Of a stretch of DNA of 64,000 nt, positions 1 to 10,308 are shown one piece after another. The stretch lies in NCBI GenBank assembly GCA_003221005.1, contig QHTZ01000067.1:43417-107416 (forward strand), given 5' to 3'. The stretch is from Gemmatimonadota bacterium. Lineage in GTDB: Bacteria > Gemmatimonadota > Gemmatimonadetes > Gemmatimonadales > GWC2-71-9. Made by a program: the position numbers and the translations under genes. The notes under the pieces are model-generated. The model worked only from the letters and a program-made list of their open reading frames with translations, was not told the DNA's origin and ran no database searches. The number at the start of each line of letters is the position of its first letter. Within the stretch, counting starts at the first letter, position 1.

Positions 1-2
1 GA

Positions 3-491
3 CCCGCGGAGACCGCGGCCACGCCGGCGTTCAAGCGAGCGATGCGGTTCGCGCCGTGGATCAAGATCCTCGGCGGCGTGAAGCTCATCCGCTGGAAGAT
101 CCGCAACATGCTGATCGCATCGTCGGGGGACGCGGGCTGGGTGACGGATTCGGTGGTCCGCGGCTACACGGCCGCAGCCGCCCGAGACCTGGACGGCACC
201 CTCAAGGCCTTTCTCGCCATCGCCGTTACGCGGGAACGCATCCGCCTCGAGCCGCACCTCGGCGAAATCCGCTGCCCGGTGCGTCTGCTGATCGGTGGGA
301 GCCAGCACGAGGGCGACGTGGGTCGCGACGAGGTCGCGCTGTTGCGGCGCGCCCTGCCCCGCTTCGCGGTGGACTCGGTCCCCGGAGCCGGCCACTTCCT
401 CTACGAGGAGCAGCCCATTGCCGTCGTGGCGGCGGTACAGCGTGCCGCGGCGGCGCTCGCCGCCCGCGCGCCGGACGTCGCCGACCCGTGA
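3..491 (+). CDS. alpha/beta-fold hydrolase, C-terminal part (runs off the window start)
   Basis: Frame is open from nt 3. C-terminal 'CPVRLLIGGS...VPGAGHFLYEEQP' matches the alpha/beta hydrolase catalytic-His region. Confidence 0.8.
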   Translation, partial: PAETAATPAFKRAMRFAPWIKILGGVKLIRWKIRNMLIASSGDAGWVTDSVVRGYTAAAARDLDGTLKAFLAIAVTRERIRLEPHLGEIRCPVRLLIGGSQHEGDVGRDEVALLRRALPRFAVDSVPGAGHFLYEEQPIAVVAAVQRAAAALAARAPDVADP

Positions 492-1615
492 CGGCAGCTC
501 GCGCAAGCCTGCGCATCGCCCTCGTCGCCGAGGACTACTACCCCCAACTGGGGGGCGTCCCGGAGCACGTGCATCATCTGGCCCTCGAGCTCAACCGCCG
601 TGGCCACGCCGCCACCATCGTCACTTCGCGGATGCGCGGGCCGCAGCGCGATGCCTCGTTCGTGCGCCGCGTGGGCACGAGCGTCGTGCTCTACGCCAAC
701 GGCGGCGTGTCGCGGATCACCGTCGGGTGGCGGCTCACGCGCCGGCTGACGGAGCTGTTCCAGGCGGGCCGGTTCGACGTCGTTCACATCCACGGCGGGC
801 TCGCCCCGACCTTTGGCCTCCTCGCGCCGCTGGCCGCCTGGCGTGCCGGGATTCCGGTGGTCGCGACGTTCCATTCCTGGTTTCCGCGCTCCGCCGGCTA
901 CCGTGTTCTCAAGCGGCCGCTGCAGCGGATGCTCGACCGTCACGCGGCGCTGATCGCCGTGAGCGAGCCCGTGGTCGCCGCGATGTCGCGTTACTTCCGC
1001 GGCGCCTGGGAGATCGTGCCGAACGGCGTGGACGTGGGATACTTCCAGCCCAACGGACGCCGGCCCGGCGATGCCCTCACGCGCGGTCCCCGGCTGCTGT
1101 TCCTGGCGAGACTCGAGCCGAGGAACGGGCTTTCAACCGTGCTCGACGCGATGCCGCGGATCCTCGAGCGCTTCCCGGCGGCCGAGCTGACCGTGGCCGG
1201 CGATGGACCGTGGCGCGGCTATTACGAGCGCCGCGCGCGCTCCCTCGGACCCCGCGTGCGCTTCCTCGGCCGGGTGTTCGGGGACCGCCCGCTGCACTAC
1301 GGCACCGCAGACCTCTATCTCTGTCCAACCACGCGGGCGTCGTTCGGCGTCACCCTGCTCGAGGCGATGGCCTGCGGCACACCGCTCGTCGTATCGGACA
1401 ACGTGGGCTTCCGCGCGGTGCTCGGCGACGGCACCGAGGCCGCCATCGTCCCGAACGACGACCCAGCCGTGTGGGCCGACACAACCATCGCCCTGATCGA
1501 GGATCCGGGGCGACGCGACGCGATGAGCCGGGCCGGACTCGCGAAGGCCGCACGGTTCGCCTGGCCACGGATCGCGGACCAGACGCTCGCCATCTATCAG
1601 CGGATCCTCGCGTGA
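488..1615 (+). CDS. GT4 glycosyltransferase (PimA-like)
   Basis: GTG start overlaps the upstream TGA. Motifs 'YYPQLGGVPEHV', 'IVPNGVD', 'SFGVTLLEAMACG'. Confidence 0.9.
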   Translation: MTAARASLRIALVAEDYYPQLGGVPEHVHHLALELNRRGHAATIVTSRMRGPQRDASFVRRVGTSVVLYANGGVSRITVGWRLTRRLTELFQAGRFDVVHIHGGLAPTFGLLAPLAAWRAGIPVVATFHSWFPRSAGYRVLKRPLQRMLDRHAALIAVSEPVVAAMSRYFRGAWEIVPNGVDVGYFQPNGRRPGDALTRGPRLLFLARLEPRNGLSTVLDAMPRILERFPAAELTVAGDGPWRGYYERRARSLGPRVRFLGRVFGDRPLHYGTADLYLCPTTRASFGVTLLEAMACGTPLVVSDNVGFRAVLGDGTEAAIVPNDDPAVWADTTIALIEDPGRRDAMSRAGLAKAARFAWPRIADQTLAIYQRILA

Positions 1616-2313
1616 TTGCTGCTGCCGTCGCGGGGATCGGGGCGGCCGCCGCCGGCACGCTCGCGCTCGGCGCCTATGCTCCCAACAGCCGCGTGTTTGG
1701 GGACGTGATCGGGCGCGGTCCCCGGAGCTCCCGCACGCTCTACCTGACGTTCGACGACGGCCCGAACCCCACCGCGACGGCGAGCGTCCTGGAGACGCTC
1801 GCGCGAGAGCGCGTCGCCGCTGGGTTCTTCCTGGTCGGGGAGCACGTGCGCCGCTACCCGGAGCTCGCACGGCAGGTCGCCGCTGCCGCTCACGAGGTGG
1901 GAAATCACACGCAGCATCACGTGAAGCTCCATCTGCTCGGGCCGCGGCGCATCCGCCGGGAGCTAGAGGATGCCCACGGGGCGATCAGCGCCGCTGTGGG
2001 ACGGTCACCCCGCGCGTTCCGGGCTCCGCACGGCTACCGCAACCCGTTCGTAACGGCGGCGGCGCGCCGCCTTGGCTACCGCGTCGTCGGCTGGACGTTC
2101 GGTGTGTGGGACTCGGACCGCCCGGGGGCGGAGGAGATCCGGCGCCGGGTCCGCGTCAAGGCCAGCCCGGGCGCCATCGTCCTGCTGCACGACGGCGACG
2201 GCTACGATCCCGCCGGTGACCGCAGCCAGACCGCCGCCGCGCTCCCCGGGGTCATTCGCGACGCACGGGATGCAGGCTACTCATTCCGCCCGCTGGCGGA
2301 GCTGCTCGCGTGA
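1612..2313 (+). CDS. polysaccharide deacetylase (NodB/CE4)
   Basis: Motifs 'LTFDDGP', 'GNHTQHH', 'FRAPHG', 'IVLLHDG'. GTGA overlap with the previous gene. Confidence 0.9.
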   Translation: MIAAAVAGIGAAAAGTLALGAYAPNSRVFGDVIGRGPRSSRTLYLTFDDGPNPTATASVLETLARERVAAGFFLVGEHVRRYPELARQVAAAAHEVGNHTQHHVKLHLLGPRRIRRELEDAHGAISAAVGRSPRAFRAPHGYRNPFVTAAARRLGYRVVGWTFGVWDSDRPGAEEIRRRVRVKASPGAIVLLHDGDGYDPAGDRSQTAAALPGVIRDARDAGYSFRPLAELLA

Positions 2314-3257
2314 GGCCAGGCGTGGCGCGCTGGGCGTGGGGCGTCGCTACCCTGGCGGGGTTGGTGGCGGTGTCGGTTCTGGTGCTGCGGTTTCCCTGGC
2401 AACACACGTTCCAGGTGCTCGCCGCCGTCAACGTGGGACTGCTCGCCACGGCGCTGCTCATCAACCTGCTCTCCCCCCTCGCCAAGGGCTGGGCGTGGCA
2501 TCTGCTGCTCCAGCCGGTCGCGGCGAACCGCTGGTGGGTCGCCGAGGAGGCGAACCTGATCGGCACGGCGGTGAACAGCATCGCGGCGGGAGTGAGCGGC
2601 GAGGCCGCTCGCATTTCGCTCATCATGCGGCGCGACACGGTGCCGCTGCGGCCGGCCGTGCTGTCGGTCGTGTGGTCACGCGGCGTGGAAGCGCTGGGTC
2701 TCGGGCTGTTCCTCGTGCTCGCCCCCCTCGTGCTCGAGCTCCCGGCGCCACTGCGGGGCCTGCAGATCGGCGCCGGTGCGGCGCTCGTCGCCGCGCTGGC
2801 GCTGACGCGGGTCCGCGGCCTCGGCGACCTGATCGCCAAGCTTCCCGCGAGCCTGCGCGCCGGCGCGGCAGAGCTTGCCGAAATGAGCTGGGGCGGCCGA
2901 CTGATCGCCCCCACGGCGCTCGCCCTCGTGAGCTGGGCCGCCGAATGGGCCACGTTTCACCTCACGCTCCGGGCCGTCCACATTCCCGCGTCCTACGCCG
3001 CCTCGTTCACGGCGCTGATCGCCGTGAACGTGGGCGGTCTCATCCGAGTCACCCCCGCCAACGTTGGCGTCATGCAGGCGGCGCTCGTGGGCGCCCTGGT
3101 GCCGTTCGGCGTCGCCGCCGACCAGGCCGTCGCGGGCGGACTGGCCCTCCAGGCGATCGAGGTCCTTCCCGTGCTCGCCCTCGCCTTCGCCGTTGCGGGC
3201 TGGACGGGGCTCGTGTCCCTGATGACCGCAGCCGCCGGGCCGCGCGAAGCAACCTGA
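2310..3257 (+). CDS. lysylphosphatidylglycerol synthase TM-domain / flippase-like membrane protein (UPF0104)
   Basis: Multi-TM protein with 'GEAAR' and 'TPANVGV' motifs; translationally coupled to the deacetylase. Confidence 0.75.
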   Translation: MRPGVARWAWGVATLAGLVAVSVLVLRFPWQHTFQVLAAVNVGLLATALLINLLSPLAKGWAWHLLLQPVAANRWWVAEEANLIGTAVNSIAAGVSGEAARISLIMRRDTVPLRPAVLSVVWSRGVEALGLGLFLVLAPLVLELPAPLRGLQIGAGAALVAALALTRVRGLGDLIAKLPASLRAGAAELAEMSWGGRLIAPTALALVSWAAEWATFHLTLRAVHIPASYAASFTALIAVNVGGLIRVTPANVGVMQAALVGALVPFGVAADQAVAGGLALQAIEVLPVLALAFAVAGWTGLVSLMTAAAGPREAT

Positions 3258-3376
3258 GCCGCTCGGACGGCGCGCCACTTCCGGACGCATGTAGTGTAGA
3301 TAGTGGACGGCCTGGACCCTCACTATTTTGAACGGTGCGTTCCCGCACCGCACCCTCCACCTCCTGGGAGTGAGCC

Positions 3377-4801
3377 ATGACGCTTGAGACTCGGACGCTG
3401 TCCGTCATCGCCTTCACCGGTCTCATTGCGGCGTGTGGCGGGGGCACCGTCGGCATACCGTTCATCGGCTCGGTGAACGGCGCGGCCTCGCCAGCAGGAG
3501 CCGTCGGCGCCCAAGTGATCATCTCGGGCGTCAGTTACGGGGACGTGCAGGGGAGCAGCCAGGTGTTGTTCACGAACTCACTCGGCGGCCTCAGCGTCGC
3601 CGCCCCGATCGCACAGGCGAGCGATTGGACCAATACGTACATCATCACCACGGTGCCGGCCGGGGCGTTCAGCGGCGCACTGGTCGTACAGACCGGCGGC
3701 GGCACGAGCGGCGGCTGGCCATTCACGGTCAGCCCGAGCGTACCGAACGTGCCCCTCACTCCCTCAGCGGTGTCCTGGACCGCGGGCAGCTCGCTCCCCG
3801 TCGCTGTGAGCGGGAATGCTGCTGTGTATGCCCGCGTCCGGACAACGTACGGGACCGACACGGGGTTCGTCTACTCAATCGGCGGCGCGGACAACACGGG
3901 CACGCCGACGACCGGTGTGTACTACGCCGGTATCGGCACGAACGGCTCGCTCGAAGCGTGGAAGGCGACCGCATCGCTGCCCACGGCGCTGGCGTTCCAC
4001 GCCGCCGTCGCCGCCACTCCCCGGAACTCCCCCGTCAACACCACCGGCTATCTCTACGTGCTCGGTGGCGCGACCAATTCGTCCGGCACGGTCTACCGCG
4101 CCGCGCTGAATGCGGACGGGACGGTCGGCGCCTGGACCTCAGTCGGCACCCTTCCCGCGCTCCATTCGTTCGGCGCCATCATCCACCTCGGCTCGCTATA
4201 CGTCGTGGGAGGAGCCAACAACAGCGCGAACACCGCAGTAGCCACGGTGTACCGGAGGACGATCCAGGTGGACGGGTCCCTCACGACCCCCCCCGGAACC
4301 CAAGGGCCCCTGCCAGCGCCCCGGGCTCGCTTGGGCATCGGTGCGTACGGGCTCTATATGTACGCCGTGGGCGGCGACACGGCGACGCTCGCCCCCAACG
4401 ACGCGACGCCACCGAACTCGGGGGTCGTCGCTGTGTTCTACGGCAAGCTCAACCCTAGCTCGCACGACATCGCGACGTGGACCGCGGCCGGACAGCTCGA
4501 AACGGCTCGCTCGGCGCACACGGCCGTCATCGCGGGAGGCAACATCCTCGTCACAGGCGGGCTCTACAGCGGAGCGGCGACCGGAACGAACGAGGACAGC
4601 TATGCCGCTATCGCCGCAGACGGCACCGTGGGGAGCTTCAGCCCGGCCTCGGGCGGGACCAAGCTCACGTCCAACCTGTTCAACCACGCCGCCATCGGAT
4701 ACTTGAGCACCGGCAGCAATCCGACCTTCCACCTCGTGGTCGTGGGGGGGGACAACGTGAATGCCCCGGGAACCAAGAGTGCCCAGTCGTTCATCTACTG
4801 A
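3377..4801 (+). CDS. secreted lipoprotein with an IPT/TIG-like domain and Kelch-like repeats
   Basis: Lipobox 'IAAC'; repeated 'YxxGG' Kelch-type motifs; Thr/Gly/Ser-rich. Confidence 0.7.
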   Translation: MTLETRTLSVIAFTGLIAACGGGTVGIPFIGSVNGAASPAGAVGAQVIISGVSYGDVQGSSQVLFTNSLGGLSVAAPIAQASDWTNTYIITTVPAGAFSGALVVQTGGGTSGGWPFTVSPSVPNVPLTPSAVSWTAGSSLPVAVSGNAAVYARVRTTYGTDTGFVYSIGGADNTGTPTTGVYYAGIGTNGSLEAWKATASLPTALAFHAAVAATPRNSPVNTTGYLYVLGGATNSSGTVYRAALNADGTVGAWTSVGTLPALHSFGAIIHLGSLYVVGGANNSANTAVATVYRRTIQVDGSLTTPPGTQGPLPAPRARLGIGAYGLYMYAVGGDTATLAPNDATPPNSGVVAVFYGKLNPSSHDIATWTAAGQLETARSAHTAVIAGGNILVTGGLYSGAATGTNEDSYAAIAADGTVGSFSPASGGTKLTSNLFNHAAIGYLSTGSNPTFHLVVVGGDNVNAPGTKSAQSFIY

Positions 4802-4807
4802 GGCGTT

Positions 4808-6463
4808 CTAGCTCGTCGCTAGCTCCGCGCCCGGCAGAAACCGGGGTGGCCGGCGCGCCCGGGTCGCCTGCTCGAGCCCGTATGCCAGCTTGATGAGGAG
4901 CGGTTCGCTGTACGGCCGCCCGATGAACGACACACCGACGGGGAGCGCGAACACGTAGCCCATCGGAACGGTGATGCTCGGATACCCTGCCACGGCGGCC
5001 GGCGTCGAGCTGCCGCCCAGGAAGTGATCGCCGTTCACTAGGTCGATCGTCCAGGGCGGATTCCCCGTGGGGGCGACCACGGCGTCGAGCGCGAACTTCG
5101 CGAGCACAGCGTCGAGCCCCTGGTCCCGCGCGAGTAGCTGGTCCTTCGCCAGCGCCTTCAAATAAGCGTCCTCTGTCAGGGACCCCTTCGCCTCCGCCTT
5201 CTCGAAGAGGTCCTGATCGAAGTAGGTCAGCTCGTCGGCCTGATGCCGCTCGTTGAAATCGATCAACTCCTTGAGGGTGTGGACCGGCGCAGCGGCGCCA
5301 AGGTCGGCGAGGTAGCGGTTGAGGTCGGCCTTGAACTCGTACAGCAGGACCTCGAGCTCCGAGTCGTCGTACTCGCCGGCGTGGGGGATGTCCGCGGGGT
5401 CCACGATCACCGCGCCGAGGCGCCGCATCGTGTCCAACGCCTCCTCCACCAGGCGGTCGGTCGGGGGGTGATAGCCGAAGAACTTGGTGCGCGCGACTCC
5501 GATGCGGGCCCCCTTGAGCCCGTTCGGGTCGAGGAACGAGGCGTAGTCCGTAGAGCCCATAGCCTGGCTCCCCTGCGTGGCGGGATCGCGCGGATCGACT
5601 CCCGCGAGCACGCTGAGCAGGACGGCGGCGTCGGCCACAGTGCGGGCCATGGGGCCCGCCGTGTCCTGGCTGTGGGCGATGGGGACGATCCCGGAGCGGC
5701 TGACGAGCCCCAGCGTCGGCTTGATGCCGACGAGGGAATGCGCCGCCGACGGGCAAACGATGGAGCCGTCCGTCTCCGTCCCGACCGCGACGGCGCAGCA
5801 GCTCGCGGCGACCGCGGCAGCCGACCCCGAGCTCGATCCGCAGGGGCTGCGATCGAGGGCGTAGGGATTGCGGCACTGACCGCCCCGCGCGCTCCAGCCG
5901 CTCGAGGAGTGGCTCGAGCGGAAGTTCGCCCATTCGCTCAGGTTGGTCTTCCCGAGGATGACCGCTCCAGCGGCTCGCAAGTGCTCAGCCACGAACGCGT
6001 CGCGTGGCGCCCGGGCCCCGACCAGGGCCAGCGACCCCGCGGTCGTTGCCATGCGGTCCGCCGTCGCGACGTTGTCCTTGATCATCACGGGGACGCCGTG
6101 GAGCGGGCCCCGCGGACCCTTGGCCCGGCGCTCGGCGTCGAGCGAATCTGCGATGGCGAGGGCGTCGGGGTTGGTCTCGAGCACCGCCCGGATCGCCGGC
6201 CCCCGGCGGTCCAGGGCGTCGATGCGCGAGAGATACTGCTCGCACAGCCCTCGTGCGGTGTAGCGGCCCGACCGCATCCCCTGCTGCAGCTCCGCGACCG
6301 TAGCTTCTGCGAGATCGAACAGCGCCGGCGCGATAGGCGGGCCCGAGGGCATCGGCGCGGTCATCCGAGCGGGGGTGCGGCGGTCGACAGCCGCGGCCGC
6401 CGCGGCGAGCGTGCCGTACCGCAGGAACTCGCGGCGATCGATCGCATCCTGACGAGCGTGCAT
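4808..6463 (-). CDS. amidase-signature family enzyme, Tat-exported
   Basis: Twin-arginine 'DRREFL'; motifs 'PVMIKDN', 'GSSSGS', 'GTETDGSIVCPS'. Confidence 0.9.
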   Translation of the reverse strand: MHARQDAIDRREFLRYGTLAAAAAAVDRRTPARMTAPMPSGPPIAPALFDLAEATVAELQQGMRSGRYTARGLCEQYLSRIDALDRRGPAIRAVLETNPDALAIADSLDAERRAKGPRGPLHGVPVMIKDNVATADRMATTAGSLALVGARAPRDAFVAEHLRAAGAVILGKTNLSEWANFRSSHSSSGWSARGGQCRNPYALDRSPCGSSSGSAAAVAASCCAVAVGTETDGSIVCPSAAHSLVGIKPTLGLVSRSGIVPIAHSQDTAGPMARTVADAAVLLSVLAGVDPRDPATQGSQAMGSTDYASFLDPNGLKGARIGVARTKFFGYHPPTDRLVEEALDTMRRLGAVIVDPADIPHAGEYDDSELEVLLYEFKADLNRYLADLGAAAPVHTLKELIDFNERHQADELTYFDQDLFEKAEAKGSLTEDAYLKALAKDQLLARDQGLDAVLAKFALDAVVAPTGNPPWTIDLVNGDHFLGGSSTPAAVAGYPSITVPMGYVFALPVGVSFIGRPYSEPLLIKLAYGLEQATRARRPPRFLPGAELATS

Positions 6464-6520
6464 GTGCGGTCTCCTCGCTTGGGCGGAGGCTGAACACCAT
6501 AGATACCTTAAGGAGGTCGA

Positions 6521-6931
6521 ATGAACGCGAGCAAGGGAGTACGGTGGGCCGTGATCGGCTTGTCGGCGCTCGTCGCCGGATGCCTCGTGGCGGCCGCCGG
6601 CGCCGGCGCGGGCGGCGGCATCTACTTCACGTCGCGCGGGGCGGAGGGAGTGGTGCCTGCGTCAGTCGAGCGGGCGGCTCACGCGACGGACCAGGCGTTC
6701 GATCACTTCAAGATCAGGAAGACGAAGGTCGCGGCAGAGCGGAGCGATGAGGGCCAGAAGCAGGAGATCTCAGGGACGGCGGCCGAGCGCAAGGAGGAGG
6801 TCACCGTCACACTCCGGGCTGAAGACCCCGGGTCCACTCGGATTCAGGTCGTGGCCCGGAAGAGCGCCGTGACGTGGGACAAGAGCTTCGCGCGCGCGGT
6901 GCTGGAGCAGATCGTCACGTCCGCGCGCTGA
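6521..6931 (+). CDS. lipoprotein (DUF3568-like)
   Basis: AGGAGG RBS; 'VAGCLVAAAGAGAGGG' pattern. Confidence 0.65.
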   Translation: MNASKGVRWAVIGLSALVAGCLVAAAGAGAGGGIYFTSRGAEGVVPASVERAAHATDQAFDHFKIRKTKVAAERSDEGQKQEISGTAAERKEEVTVTLRAEDPGSTRIQVVARKSAVTWDKSFARAVLEQIVTSAR

Positions 6932-6965
6932 GGCGACCGGCGCCCCGATACCCTCACAGATCTCC

Positions 6966-7190
6966 CTACCGGGTGGGGCTGCACCTGGACGCCGCCGACT
7001 GAATTCCCGTGGCGGACGTGCAGGAATTGATCCGGTCGCTCGTGGCTGCGCCGTTTGCTTGCGCGTGAAGCGCGGGGGCACGGTACATCATCGGGTCCAT
7101 GGGGTCCATCGTAGTGCCGCCCGTACCGCTGCCGTGGCAGGCGGCCAGGAGCAGAGTCGCGAACCCCAACAGGGACACTAAGCGCATCAT
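6966..7190 (-). CDS. small lipoprotein with a Met-rich motif (74 aa)
   Basis: GGAGG RBS upstream; lipobox 'LAAC'; 'MDPMDPMM'. Confidence 0.5.
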   Translation of the reverse strand: MMRLVSLLGFATLLLAACHGSGTGGTTMDPMDPMMYRAPALHAQANGAATSDRINSCTSATGIQSAASRCSPTR

Positions 7191-7267
7191 GGAACCTCCA
7201 GCGTGCGGACGAGGGCTCGTCATCGGCGACCGGGAATTGTATGTGAGCATCGTCCCTTTTTCAACCA

Positions 7268-8653
7268 TTACACCCCGCCGTTGTTCCCCGCGAGGGCGAG
7301 CAACGCCTCGCGCGCCTTGCGCGCCTCCTCCCGCGCCGTGGCGCCGTTCGTCGCGTCGAGGCGGTGCGACTCGACTTCGTGGCGCAGCCAGCGATCGGCG
7401 TACCGGTACAGCTCGCGCGGATACCGGCCGCGCACGTCATAGTCACGATCGGTGGCCGCGGCCCAATCGCGGGTTGCAACGACGCGGTCGCCCAGCTCCC
7501 GGAAGTACGCCGTGTTCTTGATCGGGTACGCGACCGTGGTGAGGAAAACGTCGGGATCGGCGCGCCTCACGAGCGCGACCGTCTCCGCGATGTCGTCCAC
7601 GGTCTCGCCCTCGTAGCCCCACATCAGGAACATGCCGACCCGAAGCCCATGGCGCTTGGCGGCCCGGGTGGCGAAGAGCACCTGCTCCACGGTGACGCCG
7701 CGCTCCATTGCGTCCAGGATCCGCTGGCTCCCGCTCTCCGCGCCGATCCAGATGCGCCAGCAGCCCATCTCGGCCAGCGTGCGCAGAACGTCCTCCTGCA
7801 TCATGCGGTCGGCCCGGGAGATCGTTTCGAAGGGCACGCGCAGGCGCCGACGTTGCAGCTCGGCGGCATAGTCGTACAGCCAGCGATGGTGAATCGTGAA
7901 CACGTCATCCGCATACCAGACGATGTCCGGCCGGTAGCGCTGCACCAGGAACTCGAGCTCGTCGGCGACGCCGGCGACGCTGCGGCGCCGATGGGTGTAG
8001 CCGAAAACGGCGTGCGAGCACCAGCGGCAGCGATAGGGACAGCCGCGCGCCGTGATCAGGTTCACACTCCCGGTTCCGTGATGCGTGCGCCACACATCCA
8101 CATACCGCTGGACGTCGATCGCGTCGCGATCAGGCCACGGGAGGGCATCGAGGTCGCGGATCTGGGGGCGGTCCGGATTGATGACAACGGTGCCGCTCTC
8201 GTCCCGAAAGGCCGCGCCAGCCATGCCGTGCAGCCGGTGCGGCCCGCGCGCGTCGAGAGCGGGGAGCAGCTCGACCATGGTCTCCTCGCCCTCGCCGAAC
8301 ACCACGACGTCGGCACCGCGCGCCAAGTACTCTGCCGGGTAGTTGGCGGCCTCGGGGCCGCCGAGCACGACGGTCCAACCCTGTGACTTGGCCCGGGTGA
8401 CGAGGTCCAGCACCGACCCCCGCGTGATGAGATTCGTGTATACGCCGAGGACGCCGGCAGGCGCCGTTCCGAGCCGCGCGGCGAGCGCATCGCGGGTGGC
8501 AAAGGTGGTGTCGAACACCTCGACGCCCAGACCCGCGCGCCGCAGATACGCGGCGACGTAGAGCAGCCCGAGGGGCGGGTACGGCTTCATCACTTCCCGC
8601 TCCTTCGGGTCGTCGTCGAGGAAGTAGCCGTGGGTGAGGAGAATGTCGGTCAT
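7268..8653 (-). CDS. cobalamin-dependent radical SAM enzyme
   Basis: N-terminal B12-binding region ('KPYPPLGLLYVAAYL', 'VLGGP', 'GEGE'); CxxxCxxC 'CPYRCRWC'; 'GAESGS'. Confidence 0.92.
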   Translation of the reverse strand: MTDILLTHGYFLDDDPKEREVMKPYPPLGLLYVAAYLRRAGLGVEVFDTTFATRDALAARLGTAPAGVLGVYTNLITRGSVLDLVTRAKSQGWTVVLGGPEAANYPAEYLARGADVVVFGEGEETMVELLPALDARGPHRLHGMAGAAFRDESGTVVINPDRPQIRDLDALPWPDRDAIDVQRYVDVWRTHHGTGSVNLITARGCPYRCRWCSHAVFGYTHRRRSVAGVADELEFLVQRYRPDIVWYADDVFTIHHRWLYDYAAELQRRRLRVPFETISRADRMMQEDVLRTLAEMGCWRIWIGAESGSQRILDAMERGVTVEQVLFATRAAKRHGLRVGMFLMWGYEGETVDDIAETVALVRRADPDVFLTTVAYPIKNTAYFRELGDRVVATRDWAAATDRDYDVRGRYPRELYRYADRWLRHEVESHRLDATNGATAREEARKAREALLALAGNNGGV

Positions 8654-8660
8654 GAACGGC

Positions 8661-9461
8661 TCAGCGCACAACCGTTTCCCAGACGTCGAAGCGGGACGGG
8701 GGGCGGCGGCCCAGCGCACGGGCGGCAAGCGGGCGAAGCTCGTACCAAAGGGGATAGCGCACGCGGTGACGGCGCCAAGAGAGGTGGAAGGGCGCCGACG
8801 CGGCGGCGAGCCGATCCGCTGTGAGATACTCGATCATCCGCAGCGCGAGCAGGTCGGCGGCGCGATCCCCCCATTCCCGGCGTGCGGTCTCACGTTTTTC
8901 AGCGACCATCCGTTCTCCATCTACGGCACGCCCGTAGAACGGGCTGTCAAGGATAACGAGCCGGCCTCCGGGAAGGGTCGCGCGGACCGCCTCCCCGATC
9001 GTCCCGTCGAGTGACGACGTGTAATGGATGGCGGCGTTAAAGACGACGAGATCGAACGCGCGCTTCACGGGAAGCGCGTCGAAGGACGCCGCCACGCGGG
9101 ACAACGCCGGCGCGAGGTGAGCCCCGTACGCCGCGCCCGCGCCAAGGCCATCCACCGCGTCGCGCCGCCAATCGAGCGCGACGCACCGATGGCCCTGCAG
9201 CGCGAGCCGGTAGCAGAGCCAGCCGTTCCCCGCTCCCAGGTCCAGGACGTTGAGCGGTTGCGGAGCCCGGGCCCGCCTCAGTGGCGCCACCACCGCGCGC
9301 AGCAAGCACTCGTAGCTCCGGGCCCGCACGGCCCACTGACGCGCCAGCGGTCCTGTGCGGAGATACGGGAGAGCGAGGAGCTCTGCGACTCCCCTTGAAC
9401 CGCGGCCCTCGGCCTCCCGGTGCTTGGCGTAAGCCGTGCGGAATCGCGCCGACGTCGTCAT
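8661..9461 (-). CDS. class I SAM-dependent methyltransferase
   Basis: Motif I 'VLDLGAGNGW'; 'FDLVVFNAAIHY'. Confidence 0.85.
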   Translation of the reverse strand: MTTSARFRTAYAKHREAEGRGSRGVAELLALPYLRTGPLARQWAVRARSYECLLRAVVAPLRRARAPQPLNVLDLGAGNGWLCYRLALQGHRCVALDWRRDAVDGLGAGAAYGAHLAPALSRVAASFDALPVKRAFDLVVFNAAIHYTSSLDGTIGEAVRATLPGGRLVILDSPFYGRAVDGERMVAEKRETARREWGDRAADLLALRMIEYLTADRLAAASAPFHLSWRRHRVRYPLWYELRPLAARALGRRPPSRFDVWETVVR

Positions 9462-9522
9462 CGGTCGAAGGTTAGCGGGTCGCTATTGGACCCGCCAGTT
9501 CCTGGGTAGATTACCCGGTTCG

Positions 9523-10308
9523 ATGTCATCCGCCGTAGCTTTCGAGACGCTCGCGCCTGAGTACGACGCGCGCTTCACCCAGAGCATGATCGGGCGATTG
9601 CTGCGCCGAGCCGTGTGGCACTGGCTCGACCGTGCCTTCGCGCCCGGTGAACGCGTCCTCGAGCTCAACTGCGGGACCGGCGAGGACGCGATGCACCTGG
9701 CCGCTCGGGGCGTGCGCATCCTCGCAACCGACGCTTCCCCCGCGATGCTCGATCTCGCACGGGCCAAGGTCAGCGATGCGGGGCTCGGCGGCCTTATCGA
9801 AATGCGGCTGACGGCGATCGACCGTCTCGCCGACTTGCGGGGGGAACTCCGGGAGGCGCTGGACGGCGCCTGGTCGAGCTTCGGCGGCCTCAACTGCGTG
9901 GCCGACGTGCCCGGCGCAGCTCGGGGTCTCGCCCCGCTGCTCAGGCCGGGGGCGCGCGTCGTGCTGTGTGTGATGGGGCCCCTGGTGCCATGGGAATGGG
10001 CGTGGTTCCTGATGCGGGGACAGGTGCGCAGCGCCCTGCGTCGGCTCACACGGGGCGGCGTGCCGTGGCGAGGGGTGACGGTCCGGTACCCGTCCATTCG
10101 CGCGCTGCGGCGGGCGTTCGCCCCGGGTTTCGTCGTCCGGCGTGTAGGCGGGCTCGGCGTGCTCCTCCCGCCCACCTACGCGGAAGCGTGGGCGCGCCGC
10201 CATCCGCACCTGATCGCACGCCTCGACCGGTGGGAGCGCCGCATCGAGCGCTGGCCCATCGTGCCTTGGCTCGGCGATCACTGCCTGCTGGAGCTGGAGC
10301 GGCGATGA
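9523..10308 (+). CDS. class I SAM-dependent methyltransferase
   Basis: 'VLELNCGTGED', 'ATDASPAML', 'SSFGGLNC'. Confidence 0.85.
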   Translation: MSSAVAFETLAPEYDARFTQSMIGRLLRRAVWHWLDRAFAPGERVLELNCGTGEDAMHLAARGVRILATDASPAMLDLARAKVSDAGLGGLIEMRLTAIDRLADLRGELREALDGAWSSFGGLNCVADVPGAARGLAPLLRPGARVVLCVMGPLVPWEWAWFLMRGQVRSALRRLTRGGVPWRGVTVRYPSIRALRRAFAPGFVVRRVGGLGVLLPPTYAEAWARRHPHLIARLDRWERRIERWPIVPWLGDHCLLELERR

